Below are positions 9,366-19,935 of a stretch of DNA of 64,000 nucleotides, piece after piece. Made by a program: the position numbers and the translations under genes. Location: NCBI GenBank assembly GCA_963666835.2, contig CAXXGO010000006.1, positions 32,001 to 96,000 of the forward strand, given 5' to 3'. Origin of the DNA: Phycisphaerae bacterium. Its GTDB lineage: Bacteria; Planctomycetota; Phycisphaerae; UBA1845. The first letter of the stretch is position 1. Each line of letters starts with the position of its first letter. The notes beneath the pieces were generated by a model, which saw only the letters and a list, made by a program, of their open reading frames with translations, searched no databases and had not been told where the DNA came from.

Positions 9366-10541
9366 CTACGGTTCCGCGCGAAAAAGACTCCCGACCCCTT
9401 TATTCGGGAATCCGTAGCGAATGGCGTCTTGCGGGCAGGCGTTGAGGCAGCGCGCGCAGCTTGTGCAGTCGGCCGGGAACCGGCGTCCCTCCACAATGCC
9501 CATCGCGGCCTGTGAGGGGCATGCCTTGATGCACGCTCCGCACTTGGTGCAGTTTGCACGATCAATTCGCACGCGCGCTAGGCTTAATCGCTCCGCCAAC
9601 CACGAAAGGAAGCCGAAAGGGCAGATCACAAAGCAGAACGGGCGATACACAAACAAAGCCAGAGCAATCGACACGATGATCGTAACCAAAACCACCCACT
9701 CGTCGAAATCGAGATCGAAGAGGTTGAACGGGTTGAGGGCGTGATAGACGACGAAGCCCTTCCTTCCACCGACAATCCCAAACAGAAGCACGAGCATTGC
9801 GATGAACAGCGCGCCGCGAATCGTGTTACTCAGCCAGAACGGCAGCTTCCATCGCTTCAGCTTGCGGAGGATCGGGAGACTGTAAACCAGCTCTTGTATT
9901 GCGCCGAACGGACACGCCCAGCCGCAAATGAGTTTGTTACCTATAATCGCCAAGGCAATGAAGAAGGCAAAGGCAATGGTCTTATCCGCCACCGATGGAT
10001 ATAGCCCCACCAGAGACTTGAAGAACTTGACGGCTCCTTCCATCGGGTTGGGAGACTTACCCAAAACGAATCCGCAGGCAATTACACTGACGACCAGAGC
10101 AATGAGATACGGCAGGCGAGGATACCACATTCGGCGCTGCGAGACTTGCGTCTCGTCCGGCCGCCCGAGCCGCGTCAAGAAGACCAAACCAAACAGCGCC
10201 AAAGCTGCATAGATATAGTACTTCAATACCGCCGGCTCGTGCGAAAGCAGGTGGGCGGTACTGTGGTCAAGCTGGTCCTGCGATATGCCGAGTTCGATGA
10301 GCGGCTTCCCCTTGGGTACGTCGAGCGGCAGCCCCAACTCTCGGGCGAGTGCTCGCCCGGTTACGCCCAGACTCGGCGCGAGCTGTTTGATACTCATCTG
10401 GAGTTCAAACTGGAGGTCAGTCGACCCCGTTTGCTCGGGCTCGCACAGTATTCCAATTGCGACGATCAGAACCGCCCCCGCCAGCGAAGCGCCGAACCAT
10501 GCCTTCTGTCTCGAAGAAAGGCGTTGCCAAGTGTAACGCAT
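9366..10541 (-). CDS. membrane 4Fe-4S binding protein (NapH/YccM-like polyferredoxin)
   Basis: CGWACPFG and CFVICPFG motifs; two CxxCxxCxxxCP ferredoxin motifs; multiple TM helices. Confidence 0.88.
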   Translation of the reverse strand: MRYTWQRLSSRQKAWFGASLAGAVLIVAIGILCEPEQTGSTDLQFELQMSIKQLAPSLGVTGRALARELGLPLDVPKGKPLIELGISQDQLDHSTAHLLSHEPAVLKYYIYAALALFGLVFLTRLGRPDETQVSQRRMWYPRLPYLIALVVSVIACGFVLGKSPNPMEGAVKFFKSLVGLYPSVADKTIAFAFFIALAIIGNKLICGWACPFGAIQELVYSLPILRKLKRWKLPFWLSNTIRGALFIAMLVLLFGIVGGRKGFVVYHALNPFNLFDLDFDEWVVLVTIIVSIALALFVYRPFCFVICPFGFLSWLAERLSLARVRIDRANCTKCGACIKACPSQAAMGIVEGRRFPADCTSCARCLNACPQDAIRYGFPNKGVGSLFRAEP

Positions 10542-10582
10542 TCAATACCTCCGTCGCCCGGGACGTCAGTATCCCGCGCGAT

Positions 10583-10915
10583 CTACGTAGCTTCGTTCGA
10601 GGAGCCGGCAAGTCGCCGCAAGCCGTCTGCAAGCAGATCAACATCAGTGTCATTGGGAAGTTGCACCGATCGCTCGGCGGCTGTATGGCACGCTCCACCG
10701 CGGCGGATTTCGTCAGCAACTTCGGTTCGTCCGATCGCCTTGAGGATCGTGAGTCGGGCTTGCCGTATCGGTCCGGTCGATGAATCGGTCATGGTCAGCA
10801 GTAACCGCAGTCGGCTTCCAATACCGCGGTTCTCTCGGCGGAGGTCTTCCCCGTCTGCACGTGCAGCATCCAGCTCATTCAGAACCTGCCGGGCCATCTT
10901 GGCGACTTCAGACAT
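10583..10915 (-). CDS. hypothetical protein
   Basis: 110-aa ORF co-oriented between the aminotransferase and the 4Fe-4S gene. Confidence 0.4.
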   Translation of the reverse strand: MSEVAKMARQVLNELDAARADGEDLRRENRGIGSRLRLLLTMTDSSTGPIRQARLTILKAIGRTEVADEIRRGGACHTAAERSVQLPNDTDVDLLADGLRRLAGSSNEAT

Positions 10916-11072
10916 GTTATCATCACTTCCAAAGAGTCTTCGTCCGCGAACCGGATCGCCTTCTCACGCGTGAAGATCCGGGTCCAATCCACGCCGTACG
11001 CTTGTCTTTGCACTGCTCAAGAGCACTGGCACACTCGAAACCCCGGGGTGTGACGCAGCACTAATCCGGCAA

Positions 11073-12245
11073 TCACCCAAAGAACGATTCCATTCTATCA
11101 AATGCCTTGTTGATCTCTTCCTCTGAGACGCAGAATGACATCCGCAAATGTCCCTGGCCGGTCGGCCCGAATGCGATTCCGGGCGTCGTGGATACTCCAC
11201 CTTCCTTGAGTAACCTCTTGCAGAAGGCGGGCGAATCCTGCCCCTCTGGCGGCAGGATCTTCGGGAACATCAGATAAGAACCGTGTGGTTTTACATACGC
11301 GAAAGTGTCACCCAAACCGTCGAGTCTGCTACACATCAGGTCCCGCGCAGTCTGGTAGTGCTCCCTATATGCCGCTACACAATCCTGAGGCCCCTGCAAA
11401 GCGGCCAGCGCGGCATACTGAGATACGACCGGCGCACAGATCGCGAACGGAATATGTGCCTTCGTGATCTGCGGAATGAACTCCTCGTCCGTATGGAGAT
11501 AGCCAATCCTCCACCCGGTCATTGCATACGTTTTGGTAAAGGTATAGCAACTGACGGCATGCTTGCGCATTTCGGGTATCGCCGCTATGCTGAAGTGCTT
11601 GTGTCCATCGTAGACGAAGTACTCGTATGCTTCGTCGGTGATGACCGTCAAGTTGTTTTCCAGTGAAATATCGGCCAACTCTCGAAGCTGCGCCTCTGAA
11701 TAGACAGTGCCGGTCGGATTACACGGCGAGCAATACATAATGGCCTTGGTTCTCGGCGTAACAGCTTTTCGGATACCATCAATATCGAGAATGAAACCCT
11801 CCTCTTCCATTGCGGGCACGAGGACGGGTTTTCCGGAAGCGATAACGACCTGCCGAATATGCGTGGAATACGTGGGCGTTGGTAGGATGACTTCATCGCC
11901 GGGATCGATTGTGGCCATCACCGCGGCCGCAAGCCCCTCGATGGCCCCGACGGTAACCAGCACCTCGTTCGCCTTCGCGTCGACGTTGTTGTCCCTTTTG
12001 AGCTTCTTGACAATCTCCTCACGCAAGGCGGGCAGCCCGGACGTTTCCGAGTACCCGCCGGCAAACCCGCTTCGGATAGCAGTAATGGCGGCCTCCTTGA
12101 TATGCTCCGGCGTATCGGAGGTCGGCTTGGCCCAGGACAGAAACGCCACATCCTCCACTTCCTTTGACAGCCGGGTCATCTCATGAATGGCGGATTTGCC
12201 TATCTGTGTGACCCGCTGCGACGCTCTCCCGCTATCCCGCATCAT
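11073..12245 (-). CDS. PLP-dependent aminotransferase class I/II (AspC/AlaA-like)
   Basis: SPCNPTG, DEAY, TKTYAMTGWRIGY, PGIAFG, LRMSF; AGGAG RBS. Confidence 0.93.
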   Translation of the reverse strand: MMRDSGRASQRVTQIGKSAIHEMTRLSKEVEDVAFLSWAKPTSDTPEHIKEAAITAIRSGFAGGYSETSGLPALREEIVKKLKRDNNVDAKANEVLVTVGAIEGLAAAVMATIDPGDEVILPTPTYSTHIRQVVIASGKPVLVPAMEEEGFILDIDGIRKAVTPRTKAIMYCSPCNPTGTVYSEAQLRELADISLENNLTVITDEAYEYFVYDGHKHFSIAAIPEMRKHAVSCYTFTKTYAMTGWRIGYLHTDEEFIPQITKAHIPFAICAPVVSQYAALAALQGPQDCVAAYREHYQTARDLMCSRLDGLGDTFAYVKPHGSYLMFPKILPPEGQDSPAFCKRLLKEGGVSTTPGIAFGPTGQGHLRMSFCVSEEEINKAFDRMESFFG

Positions 12246-12453
12246 ATCGTCTCCTTACGACGAATCGCGCCGGTATTCGATTGCCGCTCAACATGTATCT
12301 CGAGTTCGGATCGCAAGCGGCGGCGATTATTCTCCCGTTCGATCTGCGCGCGCTGCCACGACAAAGCACCTGACGTTATGCGGCTAAGAGAAAGCGTCAA
12401 GAGCTCGACATCTTAAACCACGACCCGCGACCTAGCGAGCCGGTGCGCGCGCC

Positions 12454-14919
12454 CTATTGGCACCCATCGAATTCCGGCGGCGAGTCGGTTTGGGGCAGGT
12501 CCGTGTCAAAGGTACATCCGGCCACACCCTGCCAGTTGCCGCCCAACGGGCCCTGGTAGTGGCGGTAGCACCAGTAGTGATACGACCATGACGTAAACTG
12601 CGGGCAAAGCCACTCCTGGGCCTCTTCCACCGAATCGAAGCCGCCCTGCAGCTCGGCCTTGGTGAGCAGTTCGGTGGGATCGATGCCGCCGCCGGACCAC
12701 GATGATCGCAGCTCCTCGGCCTCGAACCTGTCGCGATCTGTGATCTGGATATGCGGCGCCCCCCAACAGCAGACGTTGCTGGTATACCAGACGACATACT
12801 CCGTCGTCGGAGTAACCGGCGTGCAGGTGACGTCGTCGCAGCTTGTCGCGGGGCCCATAAAGTCGGTCGGCCCGAGGCTGGTGGTATCGAGTTCCTCGCA
12901 GTCCTCCCTGGAGGCCTCGGTGCATTCTCCGTCACTGGTGCAGCACGCGCCCAGCACTTCGCACTCGTCGTAGATGATGTCGTCGAGGCCGTGTTCCACG
13001 CCGTCGAGCGTGGCCGTCACCATGAACGCGGGGTCGTCCGTGAAGTCAGTCAATCCGACGCAGCATGCGGCGGCGGCCTCCTCGGCCGTGGCAAAGACCT
13101 GCCCGGACAGCACATCATCCGAGAAGAGCGCGGGCTCATCCGGGTCCGTGCCGCCGCCGGGGAACTCGCTCAGAAGCATGCCCGAGTCGATCGTATCGCA
13201 TGCGTCTTGAACCGTCAGATAGCGCGACGGCTCCGGGAAGTTGACGATCGTGTAACAGGTATACATCTCCGGACACGTGTCCGAATCGCAGTCGACGTCA
13301 AAGCCCTGATACTCGCCGTCGTTTACATCGCATTCGTCAACGGTTGTCTCCTCGCAACAGCCGTTCGGCGTGCAACACGCGCCGAGGCACTCCGTCGTTG
13401 CGCACTGCGTACCGACGCCGCCCGGAGTACCGGCCAGTTCACCCATTACATCGCCGCCGGTTGCGCAGACGTCGGGAGCAAGGTCCAGGCACGTTCCGTC
13501 CGGGAAGCAGCAAGCCTCCGGACAAGGCCGATCATCGCAGAATACGCCGGATGACTGCGGATCACCGCCGACTTCCACGCAGAACTCGAGCGGAGCGTCC
13601 GCGCAGTCGGGCCCAGCGGTTGCGGTCGCCGGAAGACAGCAGGCGTAGACGTCCGCGGTCAGGTCCTCCGATTGCCAGCAGGGCCAGGGGTCGCAGGCCA
13701 CTCCGAGGCCCTCGTACGTCCCGCCTTCCCATTCGCAGTCCGCCACGGTCATCGACTCGCAGCTTCCGCACCTCATCCGCCCTGTGTCGTCATCGATGAA
13801 GCAGACTCCGGGCAGGCAGCAGGCGCCCTTGCACTCGGTATCCGCACACAGCTTGTCCGCCCCGGCAGCTACGCCTTGTAGATCGGAGCACGACGACGAC
13901 GTCATGTCCAGGCAGGATCCGTCGGGAAGGCAGCAGCCCTGCTTGTCTTCGCCGGAGAAATCGAAGTATCCGCAGACAAGCTCGTCGTCATACCACAAAA
14001 CCACGGCCTGGAAGTCGCTTTGGTTGATAGCCGGGCAAGTGGCGGTGTCGAGCACGTCAGGCTCGGTGCAGCTCGCCGCGTCGGTTCCCGTTCCGTCGAT
14101 GCCGGTAATCAGATCCGTATAGTTCGGGCAATACACGGCCTGGAACGTGACCAGGTCGTTCATAGACAAGTTGTCGAAGTACTTCTGCCCGTGCATTCCG
14201 GGTGTCACCAGGTTGTCCTCGTCCGCTTCGTCACCCGGGGCGACGATGTGGACCCGGGTGGCGTCCGCGTTGATCAGCGTGAACCTGGCGGTCAGCCCGT
14301 CATTCGGTTCATCCTCCGACGGCCCGAAAATCACGTCGAGCCCGCCGATCTCCAACACGCCCGCGAAGTCGGACGTCATTTCGAGACACATGCTGATGTC
14401 GTTGGTCAAGAACAGGTTCAGGGCGGTCACGTCAAGGGCCAGCTCCTCGTCGACAATGGTAATAACCCCGTTCTCGCCGACTTGGATCTCGTACGTTCCA
14501 ACGCTGGAACCCGTCTGGCACGGGTCGGTCGCACCGGCGGAGTCCACGGCCACCTTGAGCCGAGCGGTGCCCGTGATAGTTTGGCTGGTTACGGGCAGCT
14601 TGCTGGACGTCGACTCCCGAAGTGTCACGCTTGAAGCACGCAGGCGCAACGTCCCTGACGAAGGTGTGTCGGTCGGGGTACCCCCGAGGAAGTTCGCCGC
14701 GTCAACGATCTTCTGGACAACGCTGGCCGTTGTCAGGTCGAAGACACCCGCGACACCCAAAGTCAGCGTGATGGTCTTACCGCCGATAGTAAACGAGGCG
14801 GAGCCTCCTCCGTCGGGACCCGGTTCGATGGTCACCGTGCAGCTCGTCAACCACACCCATGCGCCGGCCGCGATCACGGCGATTCCCAGAACTCGCGCGA
14901 ATTGTTTGTGATGCTTCAT
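12454..14919 (-). CDS. secreted/lipoprotein Cys-rich acidic repeat protein (GACC repeats)
   Basis: Signal peptide ending LTSC; about six (G/E)ACC..G.C......C....G repeats; AGGAG RBS before ATG 14919. Confidence 0.8.
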   Translation of the reverse strand: MKHHKQFARVLGIAVIAAGAWVWLTSCTVTIEPGPDGGGSASFTIGGKTITLTLGVAGVFDLTTASVVQKIVDAANFLGGTPTDTPSSGTLRLRASSVTLRESTSSKLPVTSQTITGTARLKVAVDSAGATDPCQTGSSVGTYEIQVGENGVITIVDEELALDVTALNLFLTNDISMCLEMTSDFAGVLEIGGLDVIFGPSEDEPNDGLTARFTLINADATRVHIVAPGDEADEDNLVTPGMHGQKYFDNLSMNDLVTFQAVYCPNYTDLITGIDGTGTDAASCTEPDVLDTATCPAINQSDFQAVVLWYDDELVCGYFDFSGEDKQGCCLPDGSCLDMTSSSCSDLQGVAAGADKLCADTECKGACCLPGVCFIDDDTGRMRCGSCESMTVADCEWEGGTYEGLGVACDPWPCWQSEDLTADVYACCLPATATAGPDCADAPLEFCVEVGGDPQSSGVFCDDRPCPEACCFPDGTCLDLAPDVCATGGDVMGELAGTPGGVGTQCATTECLGACCTPNGCCEETTVDECDVNDGEYQGFDVDCDSDTCPEMYTCYTIVNFPEPSRYLTVQDACDTIDSGMLLSEFPGGGTDPDEPALFSDDVLSGQVFATAEEAAAACCVGLTDFTDDPAFMVTATLDGVEHGLDDIIYDECEVLGACCTSDGECTEASREDCEELDTTSLGPTDFMGPATSCDDVTCTPVTPTTEYVVWYTSNVCCWGAPHIQITDRDRFEAEELRSSWSGGGIDPTELLTKAELQGGFDSVEEAQEWLCPQFTSWSYHYWCYRHYQGPLGGNWQGVAGCTFDTDLPQTDSPPEFDGCQ

Positions 14920-15437
14920 GTGCTTTCTAGCTCCTGATCGGCATCCCTGCCGCAGGCCCACCGGGCTATCGGATTGGCCTACCCCGGAATCGTAAGTTCT
15001 TGCTATTACGCGACTTGCGTGCGCAACCGCAGTGAACGAGTGACCTTTACAGTCCGCATGTTGCGTTTCGTAAGCGCGATGCGTGCGCGATCTCCTGAGA
15101 TCTCGCTACGGCCACCGTCGTATTGTACCGTAACCGGTCGTTTGCGCAAACTGTTTTCAGGCGCCGGCGCTTTGATGTAACGGATAAGGGCGAACGCCCC
15201 CCTTCTGCCCCGGCAACTGAGTAGGTCGGGCTCAGGCCGACGTTCTGCCTGCCAGATGCGCAACTCGGGCGGGTGCCCATTCATTCCGGCGTCTGTTGCG
15301 TTGGAACAGCCGCGCCCACTCGCCGCCGGAATGGGTGGGGGATGAACGGGAATCCCAAGGGCACCCACCAAACCAACCCCGAAGGTGTCGGGCAGAGCGC
15401 AATGGTACTAACCTTGTCAGGCAGTCGTGCGGTAACT

Positions 15438-15600
15438 CGTCCCGAGGGGGCGAAAGGCGTGTAGCCACGGGTGGAGCGAAGCGGAACCCGTGGATGAGAT
15501 CGCTCCCCACATGCTCCCGTCCCGAAGGGCCGGAGGAGGGCGGACCTCGAGGCAGGCTGGAAGCCTACGCTACGGGGTGTCCCGAAGGGCCGGAGGACGT
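15438..15600. repeat. REP-like family D (GTAGCCACGGGTGGAGCGAAGCGGAACCCGTGG with GTCCCGAAGGG hairpins)
   Basis: Near-identical element at ~63827-63920. Confidence 0.75.
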
Positions 15601-15734
15601 TTTCAGAGATTGCTCGAAGGCCTGAATGGCCACATACCGCCGACGACAATCAGCTTGGGAGGTCTCGCCACCACGCCGCAACCCCGTCGGCAGAGGTTTT
15701 CTCGGGCGAGTTGATTAGGCTTCTGGGCTTCGGG

Positions 15735-16545
15735 TCACCGGAAGCGGAAGTCCAGTTTGAAACCGTAGAGCCAGGGAATGTTGGGGCTGATGTGCTCCTG
15801 TTTTAGTCGCTCAGGCAGGTGCTCATAGTGCGTCCGAAGGCTATTGGCGTCAGGGGCGTTGTAGAATGTGACGACAATGGTGTCGTCTCGGACGCGCACG
15901 TCACCTTCGAGACCAACCAACAGGGACTTGGCGAAGTGAGCGGCATCCCATGTGGAGAAAGGCCCCTCCAGTCTGCGGCGGAGCTGGTGAAGGGCGGCTT
16001 GTGCGAGCAAGGCCATGGTCATCTGTCCATAGCGAATATGCAGGTTGAGCGTCCCGGCTCGGTTCCAGCCGAGGGCCTGGTGCGTGTGAAAGAACTCTTC
16101 AACGCGCCATCGTTTGGGGTAATCCAAGGTGAGCGCCTCTGCTTCGGTACCGCCGCATCTGTCGCTTGCTGTAGCTGCGTATCCGATGAGGATCGATTGC
16201 CAGGAGCCGTGCTCTGTAATGATGCGAGGCTCGACGGATCCGTCCCAAGGCAACCTGAAGTCGTTGCCCTTGCGCTATAGTGCGCTCATCCAGTAGGCTG
16301 TGTATCGTCACATCGTTGGCCACGAATGGTAACCCGTTGGCCAACTCGAAGCCGCGTTGGCTGAGCGATCGACTCTGACGTAGGCCGGCGGCGCACAAGG
16401 CCGCCTCATGAACCATTTGAAGCGCCAAACGGGGTTCCACTCGCTCAGTGGGTTGACCGCTCCAGCCACAAAGCAGATCCCACGTACCCAAACGCAGATG
16501 CTCAGGGATCAGCAGCCACAGGCCAACCCGGTTGCCGGAGAGCCG
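15735..16545 (-). pseudogene. transposase remnant with internal deletion/frameshift
   Basis: N-terminal part (PEHLRLGTWDLL...AIDPHR) in one frame; C-terminal part (YPKRWRVEEFF...PWLYGFKLDFRFR, YREK-like) in another; frame switch near 16150; 5' end cut by a repeat element. Confidence 0.7.
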
Positions 16546-16741
16546 CGGGATCGCGTCGCACGTCAATCCCAGCCCCGCCAGGGGCGGCACTTCGATACTC
16601 GAACAGGTTCCGGCGGTCGCCAACGTATTTCTGTACGATGTTGAATTACCGGTGTTCGTTCCAAACGTTCATGCCCTATGCCGCCTCAAAGGGCCTGGCG
16701 CGAAACGTCCGAATGCTCTCCCAAGGCTCACGCGCTGAGCT
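16541..16741 (+). repeat. ~200-bp non-coding repeat/MITE-like element (family E, GCCCCGCCAGGGGC hairpin)
   Basis: Colinear, diverged inverted copy at 40047-40249. Confidence 0.75.
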
Positions 16742-16780
16742 GTGGGCGTACGTTTCGATACGATCGTCACCAAAAACATT

Positions 16781-17866
16781 ATGGAATGTCCACATGAGAA
16801 TTCAGCGCGGGTGGGAGTCCGGGGCCGGCGAATCTGGATTCCGACGCGGCCGCTCCAAGCCGGCCGTGCGGTAATCCTGGGTGGCGGGATCATCGTAACG
16901 TGGGTGACTACCGGCGTGATACTATCGCTAGTTGATGAGTTGCTTTTCGGTGGTTCTCCTGATGATAACTGGCTTCTCCTGTTGTTCTGGTTGGTGTCTG
17001 CGGCCGCACCGGTGGGTTGGACGCTGTTCTACGCGCGCGAGGATCACGAAACCGTGATGCGACCTACGGCCGGACGAACGCAGCGGCTCGCGAAGCTAGC
17101 CGGCGAGAGGAAAACGCTGCGCAGGCTGCCGCACCGCCTGCTGGAGCAGGCGTTAAGGACATTCGGCTTCTCCGAGGCGCGGATGAAGCAGGTGTTCCGC
17201 CAGATTGCCCCCGGCGAACTGGTCGTCGTTGATGGGGTGAGGATTCTAGATTCGCCGAGACCGGCCCGCAGTGACGTGCGTTTTGAACCGGCTGACGTTT
17301 CCGAGGATTCCGATCAACTCTGGGCGTTGATCGCCCACAATGTTGAGCAACAGGGCCTATCGGCGGATGGTTCTGAGGCTGTGCGGCGCGGCTCCGCTGG
17401 TCATAACGAATCCACCCGGGGGCGGGTCGAGATTCGAAAGTGGAGTTCCTTTGGTATGAAAGCGGTGTTAACAGCCTGGATCGTGTCGGTGTATTTCGGA
17501 ATCGGGTGGTCCGGGGCATCGGTGATAGCCGCAGCGGTCTTGGGCGGTCTCGGTGCTGCGTGGCTGTCTTCGACGCTGCGCGCACGGTGTTGGTGGTTGG
17601 TGCCCGGCGGGCTGATCTGCCGGCGACACCACGCGTGGCGCCGCGAACTCAAAGTGTCTCTGTTCACGCCGGCGAACACGCCGCTTCTGCTCAACATGAA
17701 GACGAACTGCGGCATGGTCGTGTGCGGGGGCGAGGTCTGGTCGTTTCCGTTCCATGCGTCGGCCGGTTGGGCCATTATCGCCGGTTGGATCAGTACTTCC
17801 CGACCGACCACGGAACAGGAGGCGCTTGCCTTCGTGGGTTCCGATGCCGTCCCGGTACAGGCCTAA
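16781..17866 (+). CDS. hypothetical membrane protein (paralog of 7928-9010)
   Basis: Full-length similarity to 7928-9010. Confidence 0.75.
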   Translation: MECPHENSARVGVRGRRIWIPTRPLQAGRAVILGGGIIVTWVTTGVILSLVDELLFGGSPDDNWLLLLFWLVSAAAPVGWTLFYAREDHETVMRPTAGRTQRLAKLAGERKTLRRLPHRLLEQALRTFGFSEARMKQVFRQIAPGELVVVDGVRILDSPRPARSDVRFEPADVSEDSDQLWALIAHNVEQQGLSADGSEAVRRGSAGHNESTRGRVEIRKWSSFGMKAVLTAWIVSVYFGIGWSGASVIAAAVLGGLGAAWLSSTLRARCWWLVPGGLICRRHHAWRRELKVSLFTPANTPLLLNMKTNCGMVVCGGEVWSFPFHASAGWAIIAGWISTSRPTTEQEALAFVGSDAVPVQA

Positions 17867-17910
17867 CCGAGCCGGATGCCGAAGATAGAAGCCAGCTTGC
17901 AACCGTAATA

Positions 17911-18206
17911 GCGCAGCCTTGTAGGGCAGGTCGAAGCATGAGACCTGCCACAACGGCGACCATCGTGCGAAGACCACGGCAGGTCTCGTTCCTCGACGCT
18001 GCCCTACACCCGGGGTAACCGAGTCGAATGCCGGAAACGGCGACCGAGACGGTAGGGTGCGGCCCGGTCGCACCTCTTCTCTTCATGGCCACGCAAGCGT
18101 GGTACCCGGCGCAGCCTTGTAGGGCAGGTCGAAGCATGAGACCTGCCACAACGGCGACCATCGTGCGAAGACCACGGCAGGTCTCGTTCCTCGACGCTGC
18201 CCTACA
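17911..18206. repeat. two ~98-bp direct copies of a GTAG-type REP doublet (family A), with a family B hairpin between them
   Basis: GTAGGGCAGGTCGAAGCATGAGACCTGCC...GGCAGGTCTCGTTCCTCGACGCTGCCCTAC at 17921 and 18119. Confidence 0.85.
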
Positions 18207-18228
18207 AGAGGCCTTACGAGGCAAAAGC

Positions 18229-19575
18229 CTAACCTAGTCGAATGCCGAAGACGGCGACCAGTTTGCGGCCGTAGTGGCGCAGGCGGTGGAGCCAGAGGCG
18301 GTTGAGTAGCCGGCGGGCCTGTTCGTTGTGCGGGTCAAAGCGCAAAGCGCGGCGGAGCATGGTCTTGGCATCATACCATTGCGCGATTTGAACGTGAGCG
18401 ACGGCCGCATTATGCATGGCCACCACGTAATCCGGACGAAGCCGGATCGCGTCCAGACAATGCTCCAACCCGGCGTCGAATTGGTTCATCCTGAACAAGC
18501 AGACGCCCAGGTTATGATGGGCGTGGGGGCGCCGCGCGTCCTTAGCCAGGACCTTACGGAAAACGTCCGCGGCCTCGGAAATCTCGTCCGCCGCCAGCAG
18601 ACAGTCACCCAACAGCATAAGTACGTCCGGGTCGGAGTCGCTTGCCTCGACGGCACAGCGCAGGTGATCGCAGGCCTCGGAGAAACGTCGAAGCTGGAAT
18701 AGCGCCTCGCCCATTCGCAAATCGTATTCCGGGACTTCGTTACGATAGCCCGGGTGGCGTCCGATGCGCTTGATGCACTCGAGGGCTTGCGCGGGCTGCC
18801 CGCGGCGCAAAAGAATCTTGCCGAGCGCTAAACGAGCCCGAGCATGCGACGGTTCGAGTTCCAGGATCTGTGCGAGCTTAGCGGCGGCCGTCGCCGTTTG
18901 TCCCGATTCGAGAGTCAACTCGGCGAACTCGAAGAGCAAATCGGTATTGCCGGCGTCTTCGCGTACCTCGCGAAGGTAGTACTCCCGGGCACGGTCCAAC
19001 TTACCCTGCGCTCGATAGGCCCGCGCAATCCGCCGGTTCACGCCAAGGTAGTCCGGATCCAGCTCGAGCACCCGCCGCCAGCAGAAAACCGCCCGCCGGT
19101 GCTGACCCCGAGCCGCCAAAGACGCGCCGACATGGAAGAAGCAGTGCGGACACTCTTCGGTCAGTTCCTGGGCGAGGTAGAACATCTCCTCGGCCTGATC
19201 ATGCCGGCCGAGCTCCGCGTAAATGTGGATCCGATTGCAGTACGCCGGCTCGAAGTCGGGATAAGTCCGGGCAAGCCCTTCGAATACCTCCAAAGCGCGC
19301 GCGAAACGTTCTTGGCGGGCAAGAGTCACTCCGAATGCCGCGGCCACGTCACGATCGTCCGGATCGATCTTCAGGGCCTGCTCGTAGGCCTCCGCCGCCT
19401 CGGCGATTCGCCCCAGCTCTTCCAGGATGCAACCGCGGTGGGCATGCCACGCGGCATTATGCGGGTTGATGGACAGCGCCACGTCGATCTCGGCCAGCGC
19501 TTCCACCCACTGCATAGACTCCGAGAGCTGTTGCGCTCGTTCTACTCTCTGCTCTGCCTCAAACCAGTCGTTCAT
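18229..19575 (-). CDS. tetratricopeptide repeat protein
   Basis: Continuous TPR-like 34-aa helical repeats; start MNDWFEAEQR. Confidence 0.88.
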   Translation of the reverse strand: MNDWFEAEQRVERAQQLSESMQWVEALAEIDVALSINPHNAAWHAHRGCILEELGRIAEAAEAYEQALKIDPDDRDVAAAFGVTLARQERFARALEVFEGLARTYPDFEPAYCNRIHIYAELGRHDQAEEMFYLAQELTEECPHCFFHVGASLAARGQHRRAVFCWRRVLELDPDYLGVNRRIARAYRAQGKLDRAREYYLREVREDAGNTDLLFEFAELTLESGQTATAAAKLAQILELEPSHARARLALGKILLRRGQPAQALECIKRIGRHPGYRNEVPEYDLRMGEALFQLRRFSEACDHLRCAVEASDSDPDVLMLLGDCLLAADEISEAADVFRKVLAKDARRPHAHHNLGVCLFRMNQFDAGLEHCLDAIRLRPDYVVAMHNAAVAHVQIAQWYDAKTMLRRALRFDPHNEQARRLLNRLWLHRLRHYGRKLVAVFGIRLG

Positions 19576-19879
19576 CGGTTGTCGTTTTGCCTGTATCTCG
19601 GCGCAAGCCGATTCCCCCAGATGCCACCGTCTAATTCTACCCCCCTTATCGGACAAGGGCAACAAAAATCGGAGCATCGAGCCGCCCAACCGGCGCAAGC
19701 GCGGGAAAGCCTGAAAACAGGCGCAAACCTCGGGGTATAGAGGCGCAGGAGCCTGCCAACGGGATCGCCTGACGCCGGGTTATCGCCCCTATAGGCAGGC
19801 ATGACCGGCCGAACTGGGATCATCAACGGCGTGTGTCAAAATAAGACATCGAGAAGGGCGGGGGGGGGTAAGACCGGCA

Positions 19880-19914
19880 CGTCCCGGACTCGGTTGGAAA
19901 CCGAGCCCGGGACG
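19880..19914 (-). terminator. GC-rich hairpin downstream of the beta-barrel gene
   Basis: CGTCCCGGACTCGG...CCGAGCCCGGGACG. Confidence 0.5.
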
Positions 19915-19935
19915 AATCCGGTCGAGCGTGTAGCG

